The notes beneath the pieces were generated by a model. The model was not told the origin of the DNA. It saw only the letters and a program-made list of their open reading frames with translations, and ran no database searches. Of a stretch of 57,942 nucleotides of DNA, positions 9,394-17,487 are shown one piece after another. The number at the start of each line of letters is the position of its first letter. Position 1 is the stretch's first letter. Source of the stretch: a virus (lineage: Duplodnaviria; Caudoviricetes); IMG/VR virus record IMGVR_UViG_3300010398_000012, positions 1 through 57,942 of that record. One strand, written 5' to 3'. The position numbers were made by a program, and so were the translations under genes.

Positions 9394-9583
9394 TCCGGTG
9401 GCGGCGGCGCAGGCGATCCTGGCGTGGGCGGAGGAGGACCCCATGGCGCGGTCGGTGGAGGCGCAGGCGCGGGTGCGGAACCTGGCCGGCAAGCTGGCCG
9501 AGGTGCCGCCGGGGGTTTTGGACGTGGGGCACGTTTTGGCGTCGATGGCGGACGCGGCGCAGTTCCTGGACGCGCAACCGTGA
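9377..9583 (+). CDS. Small helical protein, possible partner or inhibitor of the peptidase
   Basis: GGAGGTGG RBS; overlaps the peptidase stop and the next start. Confidence 0.6.
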   Translation: MMPARDPVAAAQAILAWAEEDPMARSVEAQARVRNLAGKLAEVPPGVLDVGHVLASMADAAQFLDAQP

Positions 9584-12500
9584 CCGCGTCCCGAGCGGCG
9601 GTCGCGGGACATCATGTGCCCGGCACCGCGACGGATTGGCGGCACGGCTGGCAGCCGCTGTCGTTCACCGCCGCCAAGGCGAAGTTCCACCAGAAGATCC
9701 CACCGTACTGGCACGCCCCGCTCCAGGACCGCCCGGACCGCCGGTCGGGGAAGATGGTCCACGGCGACTGGCACGAAGGCCACCAGGCCGTCTCCCCCGC
9801 GCCGATAGGGGTGCTGGGCACCGAACGGGCCCGGTATGTGTCGGTGAAGGGGCAGCGGCACAAGCACCTGGTGCGGGGGTCGTGGTCGGACCCGTGGTGG
9901 ATGACCCAGCCGGGCGGCGGGTGGGCGGTGTCGCAGCGGTGGCAGCACAAGGCGCAGACCGGGTACGAGTGGCGCGGCACCAAGGGGTCCCGGACGTTCA
10001 GCATTCCGGCGGCCGATGAGCGGGTGCTCACGCCGGTGGACGCGACGGGCAACCCGCTGCACGGCGGGGAGACCACGGCGGTGGGGAAGCACACGCTGCC
10101 GGTGCTGTCGGCGGCGGTGGCGGACGCGGAGACGAAAGCGAAGCTGACCGGGGCGCCGCAGTACGTGACCCAGGGCTACGGCGGTGGGCAGTGGACGGTC
10201 AGCGGGGAGCGGCCGAGGGTGTTCGGCGGGGACCATTACGTGGTGACCCCGGACGGCAAGTGGGCCCGGGATTCCACCTCCTACCGGGGTGGGCGGACGC
10301 CGCTGAAGGGGGCTCCGGTGCACAACCTGACAGGGCCCCGCGCAGGGGAGGTGGCGCGGGCGGGGACGTTCGATGAGGCCAAGCACCCGCGCGGCTACCA
10401 CGGTCGGTGGGCGCATGAGGGTGCCGGGAAGGGGCTGCCGTTCTCCCGGTCCGGCGGCACCGTCTCCTACCACGGGTCCTTGGGTATCGACCGCAAGGAC
10501 ATGCCGCAACTGTCGGGGCTGGTGAACGGCCAGTACGTGCCGACTGCGCACATGCTGCCCAAGTTCCTGGACTACCTGCGGTCGCGGGGCATCGCCGCGC
10601 AGGAGACCACGATCCCGGCGGCGAAGCTGCACCCGACCCAGACCACCGGCGACACCCCGGCGATCCGGAAGATCGCGGACGCCCTGAAGTCCGGCGAGTA
10701 CGAGGGGAAGCGGATCACCGTTTCGCAGGACAACAGGGTGCTGGACGGGCACCACAACTGGGCCGGGCTGCTGCTGGCCAACTCCGAGGGCCACAAGGGT
10801 GACCAAAAGGTGCTTCAGGTGGGGCTGCCGGCGCGGGAGCTGCTGGCAGAGATGCGGGCGTTTGCCAAGCGGGAGGGGATCGCCTCGCGTCAGACCGGGG
10901 AGCACGCCAACCCGCAGTACGCGGCCCGGATGGAGGCCGCCGAGCTGGTGGCGGCGCTGGCCGCCGGCCCGGGACTGGCCCGCAGCGCGGCCCTGGCTGC
11001 CGCTGCCAGCCTGGACGGGGGGACAGCGGGTGACTGGGACCGGGGCCAGGGCCAGGCCGTTACGGGCCGTCCTGCGGTCGCCCAGGGGTTGACGTGGGAG
11101 CCGGGCGAATCGGCGGCGCTGGCCGTGCTGGCCGTGCTGGTGCGGGCGTTCAACCCGGGCGAGGCGCGGGACTTCCGGGGCAAGTGGACCCGCCGTCCCG
11201 GCGGCGGCAACTTCCTGTTCAGCGGGCCGCCCGGCGGGCAGGAGCACGCCAGGGCGATGGAGGCACTGGCCCGCGACCTAGACCACGAGCCCGGCCAGTC
11301 CGAGACCGCCCAGACGCTGCGGCTGGCCATCCACGCGATGATGCGCCGCGACCTGGCCGCCGCCCGCCGGCACATCGACGGGGCGATCTACAACGACCAG
11401 GTCCAGTCCGGCGGGGCGCACCGCCCGGAGCTGGAGCAGATCAAGGCATCCCTGGCCAAGGTGCCCAAGGGGTCGGTGAAAGAGCCCCGCCGGCCGCTGG
11501 GCAAGGCACTGGACCCGGCCCTGTCAGCCCAGTTGCAGCACCTCCTTGGCGCGGGCCGGCCGGGGTATCACCCGTCCGGACTGCTGACGCCGGGAGTGGT
11601 CGGGGAGTACGCGGGCCGGGCCTACAATCCGCGTGAGCTGCGCGGCGTGCACGGCCGGTGGGCCAGGTCCGGCGCCGGCGCGGCGGCTGGGCCGGCGGGG
11701 CCGTCGCCGCTGGAGCTGGCCGCCATGGTCAGCGACCTGTCCGCCCAGTTGGAGCGGGCGCGGGCGGACCTGGGCCGCGACCAGCAGGCCATCGTGGACC
11801 GGGTCCGGGCCGAGATGCGGGCCGAGCAGGCCGCGTTCCGCCGGATCCACGCCACGGCCGGGGAGACCGCCGAGGGCGCCCAGCACCGCAAGGATCAGAT
11901 GGTCAAGTCGGTCGTGAACGTGCTGGCCCTGGCGGCGGTGGCGCTGCTGACGATCGCCACGGCGGGGCTGGCGCTGCCGCCGCTGGTTATCGCGGGGATC
12001 TCGGTCGGGCCGCTGATCGGCGCCGAGGCGGCGCACGTCATCCACACCCGGGCGACCACGCGGCCGTCCAAGCTGCCGGTGTCGCCGGGTGTGATGCGGG
12101 CGGCCGGGGGATCGCCCCGGGACGCGGCAGCGGCGGCGCTGGTGCCGCTGGTGGCTGGGCTGCTGGGGCTGGGGGAGGAGCAGGCGCGGCAGGTGGCCGG
12201 GGAGCTGGTGGACCTGGCCCAGTCCGGCGGCGGGCAGGTGGCCCGGTTCGACCCGCGTGAGCTGCGCGACCCGCACGGCAAATGGACCCGGGGCGGCGGG
12301 GCGCTCGGCAAGGCCGCCAAGGCTGCCACCGGGGGGCTGGCCGCGTCCGCAGGCATCCGGGCGGAATCGTCGGGGAACGACTCGGTTGCCAAGCACATGC
12401 GGCCGGACGGCACCTGGGACCCGGCCCGGCAGAAGCTCCACGACCAGATCGTCTCCGACGCCCTCGCCGGGCACCATTCGCAGGCCAGCCCGGTGGCGAC

Positions 12501-13089
12501 GTTCCTGGGCGGCGGCACCGCATCGGGCAAGTCCACGGCGCTGGCTAGCGCCGCGCACAAGGACCAGGTGGTCATCGACTCGGATGCGATCAAGGGCCTG
12601 CTGCCGGACTACCAGCAGAAAGTGAAGGCTGGTGACCCGTCCGCTGCCGCGTACGCGCATGAGGAGTCCTCCTACCTGGCGAAGCGGATCCAGGCGGCGG
12701 CCATCGCGCGGAAGCTGAACTACCTGCTGGACGGCACCGGCGACGCCTCGTACGCGAAGATGGCCGCCAAGATCAAGGCCGCGCGGGACGGCGGGCACCG
12801 GGTGGACGCCAAGTATGTGACCGCCGCGACCGAGGAGGCGGTCCGCCGCGCGGAGGCCCGCGCCAAGGAAACGGGGCGGATGGTCCCCGAATCGGTGATC
12901 CGCAGCATTCACGCCGGGGTGTCGGAGGTGTTCCCCAAGCTGGTGGAGTCGGGGCTGCTGGACTCGGCGGAGCTGTGGGACACCAACGGGGCCAAGCCGC
13001 TGCTGGTCGGGTCGATGCCGCACGGCGGTAAATGGACGGTGAAGGACCAGGCGGCGTGGGACGCGTTCAAGGCCAAAGCGGCGACGTGA
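9580..13089 (+). CDS. Multidomain head-associated protein: ParB/Srx-like domain, membrane segment, C-terminal zeta-toxin-like P-loop kinase, four repeated tag motifs
   Basis: GTGA coupling at 9580; LHPTQ...ITVSQDNRVLDGHHNW; hydrophobic VLALAAVALLTIATAGLALPPLVIAGI; FLGGGTASGKST...IDSDAIK...HEESS...LLDGT...R.VP. Confidence 0.82.
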   Translation: MTASRAAVAGHHVPGTATDWRHGWQPLSFTAAKAKFHQKIPPYWHAPLQDRPDRRSGKMVHGDWHEGHQAVSPAPIGVLGTERARYVSVKGQRHKHLVRGSWSDPWWMTQPGGGWAVSQRWQHKAQTGYEWRGTKGSRTFSIPAADERVLTPVDATGNPLHGGETTAVGKHTLPVLSAAVADAETKAKLTGAPQYVTQGYGGGQWTVSGERPRVFGGDHYVVTPDGKWARDSTSYRGGRTPLKGAPVHNLTGPRAGEVARAGTFDEAKHPRGYHGRWAHEGAGKGLPFSRSGGTVSYHGSLGIDRKDMPQLSGLVNGQYVPTAHMLPKFLDYLRSRGIAAQETTIPAAKLHPTQTTGDTPAIRKIADALKSGEYEGKRITVSQDNRVLDGHHNWAGLLLANSEGHKGDQKVLQVGLPARELLAEMRAFAKREGIASRQTGEHANPQYAARMEAAELVAALAAGPGLARSAALAAAASLDGGTAGDWDRGQGQAVTGRPAVAQGLTWEPGESAALAVLAVLVRAFNPGEARDFRGKWTRRPGGGNFLFSGPPGGQEHARAMEALARDLDHEPGQSETAQTLRLAIHAMMRRDLAAARRHIDGAIYNDQVQSGGAHRPELEQIKASLAKVPKGSVKEPRRPLGKALDPALSAQLQHLLGAGRPGYHPSGLLTPGVVGEYAGRAYNPRELRGVHGRWARSGAGAAAGPAGPSPLELAAMVSDLSAQLERARADLGRDQQAIVDRVRAEMRAEQAAFRRIHATAGETAEGAQHRKDQMVKSVVNVLALAAVALLTIATAGLALPPLVIAGISVGPLIGAEAAHVIHTRATTRPSKLPVSPGVMRAAGGSPRDAAAAALVPLVAGLLGLGEEQARQVAGELVDLAQSGGGQVARFDPRELRDPHGKWTRGGGALGKAAKAATGGLAASAGIRAESSGNDSVAKHMRPDGTWDPARQKLHDQIVSDALAGHHSQASPVATFLGGGTASGKSTALASAAHKDQVVIDSDAIKGLLPDYQQKVKAGDPSAAAYAHEESSYLAKRIQAAAIARKLNYLLDGTGDASYAKMAAKIKAARDGGHRVDAKYVTAATEEAVRRAEARAKETGRMVPESVIRSIHAGVSEVFPKLVESGLLDSAELWDTNGAKPLLVGSMPHGGKWTVKDQAAWDAFKAKAAT

Positions 13090-13097
13090 CCAGGAAC

Positions 13098-13103
13098 TAT
13101 ACT
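13098..13103 (+). promoter_or_regulatory. Putative -10 box for the small downstream gene
   Basis: TATACT in AT-rich spacer, overlapping an ACCAG/CTGGT inverted repeat. Confidence 0.45.
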
Positions 13104-13131
13104 GGTGGTGTGGCAGGGGAGGTGAGGGCAC

Positions 13132-13338
13132 ATGGCAGACCAGCGGGAACTCCTTGAGGAGCTGCGGAGCGGTATCGGTGAGATCGCCACCGCGCTGGAG
13201 GTCGCCGCCGCGACCGGCGCGGATTTCGCTGCCGCGCATGTGCCTGACACGCCGGCCAACCGGGCCCTATTCGCCAAGATCAAGGCCGAGATCGCCGCGC
13301 TCCCAGCGGGAGTCGTGGCGGACGTGCCGCGCGAATAG
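13132..13338 (+). CDS. Small protein, putative immunity/antitoxin to the zeta-like domain
   Basis: GGGGAGGTGA RBS; directly after toxin-like C-terminus; own -10 box and hairpin. Confidence 0.65.
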   Translation: MADQRELLEELRSGIGEIATALEVAAATGADFAAAHVPDTPANRALFAKIKAEIAALPAGVVADVPRE

Positions 13339-13349
13339 CCCCCTGAACT

Positions 13350-13384
13350 GCTGAGCCCCCGGGCGGTTGCCCCGGGGGCTCAGC
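13350..13384 (+). terminator. 14-bp hairpin, probable terminator
   Basis: GCTGAGCCCCCGGG-7nt-CCCGGGGGCTCAGC. Confidence 0.65.
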
Positions 13385-13418
13385 CATGCCCGCACAACCT
13401 ACCGGAGGTGGACCGGCG

Positions 13419-15176
13419 ATGACGCACACCCCCGAGGCGGAGCGGGGCTGGCGGGAGGCGCTGCACCCGCGTGTGCCTGGCGGCAAGCACGGCGGCGGCG
13501 AGTTCACCGGCAAAGGCGGCAGCGGGATCAGTGCGGCCGGGGTGTCCGCGTCGATCCACGCCCACCCCGAGCGGCACAGCCTGGAGGCGGTGGCGGCCGA
13601 GGCGGACCGGCTGGACCGCGACGGCTCCCCCGGCGCGAAGGCCACGGCGGCCCGGTTGCGCCGGTACCTGGAGGGGGAGCGGTGGCGGCGGCAAAACCGG
13701 CTCCCGGTCGGTGCGGGCCCGGTGGCGGCCGGCCCGGGGGGCAGCGAGTTCGCGCGGCGGACGGCCGAGACGGCGACCGCGTCCACCGTCCACGAGCCGA
13801 TCGGCAAACCCGGCGGCCCCGGCCTGTGGAAGCACAAGGACTGGCAGTTGCCGGCGTATATCCAGCATGTCCGCAACGACCTGATGGAAGCCGGGCACCC
13901 CGAGTCGCAGGCCACCGGGATGGCCGTGGGGATCGTGAAGAACTGGGCCGCCGGCCATGACGGCAAGGGCCATGCGGTGCACCCGGATGTGCAGGCGGCG
14001 GCGGCCAGAAACATAGCCCAGTGGGAAGCCATGAAGGCCCGCACAGGACACGGAGCGAGGCGATCAACAGTGACCGACACCGAGACCTACGACGGCGACG
14101 GGCTGGACGCGTCCTGGGACGGCGACCTGTCCGACCTGCCGGACCTGACCGGCCTGGGCGTGGCCGACTTTGAGGCCGCCGACCCCGGCGAGCCGGGGGA
14201 GGTGTCCCGGGCGCTGCCCAAGCTGGGCTCCGGTGCCCGGTTCGCCAAGCTGAAGCAGGCGCTGGCCGGGAAGGGCATCCGCGACCCCGGCGCGCTGGCC
14301 GCGCACATCGGCCGCCGCAAGTACGGCAAGGCCCGGTTCCACGCGCTGGCTGCCAAGGCCCGCAAGAGCGGCAGCCCGGCGGCGTCGCGGACCGGGGAGC
14401 TGCTGCGGTACTACCCGCTGGAGGAGTGCCGGATCATGCGCGCCGCCGAAGGCGAAAGCTCGGGGCGGGTCGTGGAAGCCTACGCCGCCGTGTTCGACAC
14501 CCCAGCCGAGATCAACGACTCCGAGGGCCACTACGTGGAGACCATCCACCGGGCCGCGTTCGATGAGGTGCTGGAGGAGATCCGCCCGGAGCGGAACGGC
14601 GGCTACTGGCGGGTGGCGTGCCTGTTCAACCACGGGCTGACCGTGCACGGCTCGCCGGCGGAGCGGTTTTCCCTGCCAGCCGGGGTGACCCGGCACATCT
14701 CCGCTGAAGGGGCGGGGCTGCTGACCCGCACCGAATATGCGGCCACCCCGCTGGGGGAGGAACTGCTGGAGCTGGTGAACCTGGGCGCGCTGCGCACCCA
14801 GAGCTTCACCGGCGGAATCGTCCGGTCCGACCCGATGCTGCGCGGGCCAGGGGACCGGTACCGGCGCGGCCCGGGGGGCGTGTTGCAGCGCGTCCGCCGG
14901 CTCGTGCTGGGGCTGCGGGAATACGGGCTGACCCCGTTCGCGGCCTATACGGGCGCTGAGGTGCTGGGCGTCCGCATGCAGCTCCCTGACGCCCTCTATG
15001 AGGACGGCTGGGACGAATACCCGGACAGTGACGCGGATGCTCTCCCCGTGGACGGCGGCGGGGACGGCGGCGGCGGCTCCCCCGAAGCGGAGCCCGTGAT
15101 GCGGTCCACCGGCAACAGGCTGTACCGGCTGCGCGCCCAGGAGCTGCTGGAACAGCACGGCATCAGGCTGGACTAG
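13419..15176 (+). CDS. HK97-type prohead protease with long modular N-terminal extension
   Basis: GGAGGTGG RBS before ATG 13419; VEAYAAVFD, ETIHRAAF, LFNHG (His), QSFTG (Ser), LREYGLTPFAAY; immediately upstream of MCP. Confidence 0.88.
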   Translation: MTHTPEAERGWREALHPRVPGGKHGGGEFTGKGGSGISAAGVSASIHAHPERHSLEAVAAEADRLDRDGSPGAKATAARLRRYLEGERWRRQNRLPVGAGPVAAGPGGSEFARRTAETATASTVHEPIGKPGGPGLWKHKDWQLPAYIQHVRNDLMEAGHPESQATGMAVGIVKNWAAGHDGKGHAVHPDVQAAAARNIAQWEAMKARTGHGARRSTVTDTETYDGDGLDASWDGDLSDLPDLTGLGVADFEAADPGEPGEVSRALPKLGSGARFAKLKQALAGKGIRDPGALAAHIGRRKYGKARFHALAAKARKSGSPAASRTGELLRYYPLEECRIMRAAEGESSGRVVEAYAAVFDTPAEINDSEGHYVETIHRAAFDEVLEEIRPERNGGYWRVACLFNHGLTVHGSPAERFSLPAGVTRHISAEGAGLLTRTEYAATPLGEELLELVNLGALRTQSFTGGIVRSDPMLRGPGDRYRRGPGGVLQRVRRLVLGLREYGLTPFAAYTGAEVLGVRMQLPDALYEDGWDEYPDSDADALPVDGGGDGGGGSPEAEPVMRSTGNRLYRLRAQELLEQHGIRLD

Positions 15177-15245
15177 CCCGGCCTGGCAACCACATCACAG
15201 GGACGCCCCGCCCCACGGGGCCACGGGTTTGAGGAGGAAACCCCC

Positions 15246-16799
15246 ATGCGTCTTTCGGAGATGCAAACCCGCCAGGACGCGATCCGGTCCGAGCTGGCGG
15301 CCATGGACGCCGACCCCGAGACCACCGAGGAACGCGACGGCAACATTCGGGACACCCTCATTGAGGAGTGGGAGCGGCTGGAGGAAGACAAGAAGCCGAT
15401 CCTGGCCCGGATGGAGAAAATCCAGATCATCAAGCGCAACGCGGCCACGGGCGGTGCCCCGGCCGACCCGCCCGACACCGGCGACGGCGACGGGTCGGGG
15501 TTCTCGCCCGGGTTCACCGGGTTCCGCGACACCGCCGGCAACGGCAACGGCGGCGGGAGCGCGGCGCGGCGGTGGTCCGGGACCCCGGAGTTCATGATGC
15601 GGCTGGACCCGTTCGCGGACCTGGACAAGGTCCGGGATGGGCTGGTGCGCGGGTCGGACATGGTGGCCCGGTCGATGTCGCTGGTGGAGGTGCACCACCG
15701 GCGCGGGATGCTGCTCCCGGAGCGGGCGGAGGAGGCGTGCCGCAAGTTCCAGTCCGATCCGATGATCGCGCGGCATGCGCTGCTCACCGGCTACGGCGAG
15801 TACATCGACGCGTTTCGGTCGTACCTGAACGATCCGATGGGTGAGGGGCTGCGCGCCGCCCAGCGTTCGCTCACTCTGGGTACAGCATCAGGTGGGTTTT
15901 TGCTACCGTACGTGCTCGACCCCACCATAGTGCTCACAAGCGACGGGAGCACTAACCCGTACCGGCAGATGTCAGAAATCAAAACAACCACATCCAACGC
16001 GTGGCAGGGTGTCAACTCCGCCGGCGTGCAGATGGGCTGGCTGGACGAAGGCGGCCAGGCCACCGACAACACCCCCGCGACCGGCCAGATTCAGATTTTC
16101 GCCAAGAAGGCCGCCGCGTGGGTGATCGGCTCGTTTGAGTCGGTCGGGGACACCAATTTCGCGGACCAGCTGCCGCGCCTGCTGGCGGATGCCAAGGACA
16201 TCCTGGAGGAGCAGGCTTTTGCGAGGGGCACCGGCGGCACCGGCAACGCCGGGCAGCCGCTGGGCATCATCAACACCCTGGGCACCGCGCAGCGGGTCCT
16301 GGCCGGCGGGTCCTCGGTGGCGGCGTTCACCGGCACCGCCGGCGGCGCTAACGGCGGCGGCCTGGCCGACGTGCTCGCCCTCAACGGGGCGCTCGGGCCG
16401 AGGTTCCGCATGTCCGCGAATGTCGGCTGGGTGATGACGATCACCAACATCAACCGGATCCGGTCGATCGACCAGTACGGCGGCGCCGCGTTCCTGGCCA
16501 ACCTGGGGCAGGGGCAGCCGACCACGCTGCTGGACAAGCAGCTCCGCGAGTCGCCGTCGCTGACCCAGACCCCCGGCACCGGCACGGCCCTGGTCGCCGC
16601 GTCGGCGGTGTTCGGGGACTGGTCGAAGTTCTATGTGGTCGATCGCATCGGGTCCACGATGCTGTTCGACCCCCTCATCAAGAGCGCCGGCACCGCCAAC
16701 ATGCCCTCTGGCAACCAAGGCTGGTTCTACTACTGGCGCGTGGGAAGCGGCGCGGCCACACCCAACGCGTTCCGGTGGACCACCGGCGGTACCGCCTGA
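15246..16799 (+). CDS. HK97-fold major capsid protein with about 207-aa delta/scaffold domain
   Basis: GAGGAGG RBS; N-terminal coiled coil; QR|SLTLGTASGGFLLP; W.DEG; GTG..GQPLGI; VFGDWSKFYVVDRIG; PNAFR. Confidence 0.95.
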   Translation: MRLSEMQTRQDAIRSELAAMDADPETTEERDGNIRDTLIEEWERLEEDKKPILARMEKIQIIKRNAATGGAPADPPDTGDGDGSGFSPGFTGFRDTAGNGNGGGSAARRWSGTPEFMMRLDPFADLDKVRDGLVRGSDMVARSMSLVEVHHRRGMLLPERAEEACRKFQSDPMIARHALLTGYGEYIDAFRSYLNDPMGEGLRAAQRSLTLGTASGGFLLPYVLDPTIVLTSDGSTNPYRQMSEIKTTTSNAWQGVNSAGVQMGWLDEGGQATDNTPATGQIQIFAKKAAAWVIGSFESVGDTNFADQLPRLLADAKDILEEQAFARGTGGTGNAGQPLGIINTLGTAQRVLAGGSSVAAFTGTAGGANGGGLADVLALNGALGPRFRMSANVGWVMTITNINRIRSIDQYGGAAFLANLGQGQPTTLLDKQLRESPSLTQTPGTGTALVAASAVFGDWSKFYVVDRIGSTMLFDPLIKSAGTANMPSGNQGWFYYWRVGSGAATPNAFRWTTGGTA

Positions 16800-16807
16800 C
16801 ACAGTGA

Positions 16808-16847
16808 GCTGGCCGGGGCCCCTGTCCAAGGCGAGCCCCCGGCCAGC
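16808..16847 (+). terminator. Hairpin after capsid gene
   Basis: GCTGGCCGGGG ... CCCCGGCCAGC, 11-bp stem. Confidence 0.5.
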
Positions 16848-16880
16848 CCCCATGTTCTATCACGAGGGAAGGAAGTCCCC

Positions 16881-17063
16881 ATGTCTGAGGCTGAGGTGGC
16901 GGCGGCGATGGCCGCCGGGCAGTCCGCCGAGACAGACCGGCAGACGGCGGGGCTGGCCGCCGCACAGGGCGGCCCGCCGCCCGAGCCAGCGCCGCAGCCG
17001 GCGTTCCCGCCGCTGCTGGTGCACGAGGTGGGGCCACTGGCAATGCCGGCGGGTGAGCAGTGA
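16881..17063 (+). CDS. Hypothetical protein
   Basis: GAGGGAAGGA RBS; coupled to next gene. Confidence 0.55.
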   Translation: MSEAEVAAAMAAGQSAETDRQTAGLAAAQGGPPPEPAPQPAFPPLLVHEVGPLAMPAGEQ

Positions 17064-17272
17064 TGGCCGAGGATCCGCTGACCGTGGGCGGCACCGAGCA
17101 TCCGGTGCACGCGCAGGAGCTGATGGACGCGGCGCATGCGGGCCGGGCGGAGATGGACTCCCGGTGCGGCGATGCGATCAACGCGGGCCCGGAGTCTGGT
17201 GGCGGCGCGGATGATGTGCCGGTGAACGACACCCCGCCGCCGCCGACCTGGCGGGACTACCCGCAGCAGTAG
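17060..17272 (+). CDS. Hypothetical acidic protein
   Basis: GTGATG coupling. Confidence 0.55.
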   Translation: MMAEDPLTVGGTEHPVHAQELMDAAHAGRAEMDSRCGDAINAGPESGGGADDVPVNDTPPPPTWRDYPQQ

Positions 17273-17487
17273 CTTGCGCGCCAGGTACCGGGGATCGGCT
17301 CCCGGGGTGTGGCCCCGTGCCCTAACGGGGCGGCCAGGCTGGCTCCCTGCCGGTGATCGAGCCTGCATGTCCAGCCAACCAAGCCGCCCCGCGTGGTGCG
17401 GGCACGCCCAGCATCACGCGGGCGGGTTGCGGCCAGGCTGATGCCTGGATTGCACCGCAGGTCAAACCGTGGAAAGGACCCGCATCC

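Noticed and set aside
9424-9579. ORF-track start of the 1221-aa protein
   Set aside because: Overlaps the 68-aa gene and reads as Gly/Arg shadow; the GTGA-coupled start at 9580 is more plausible.
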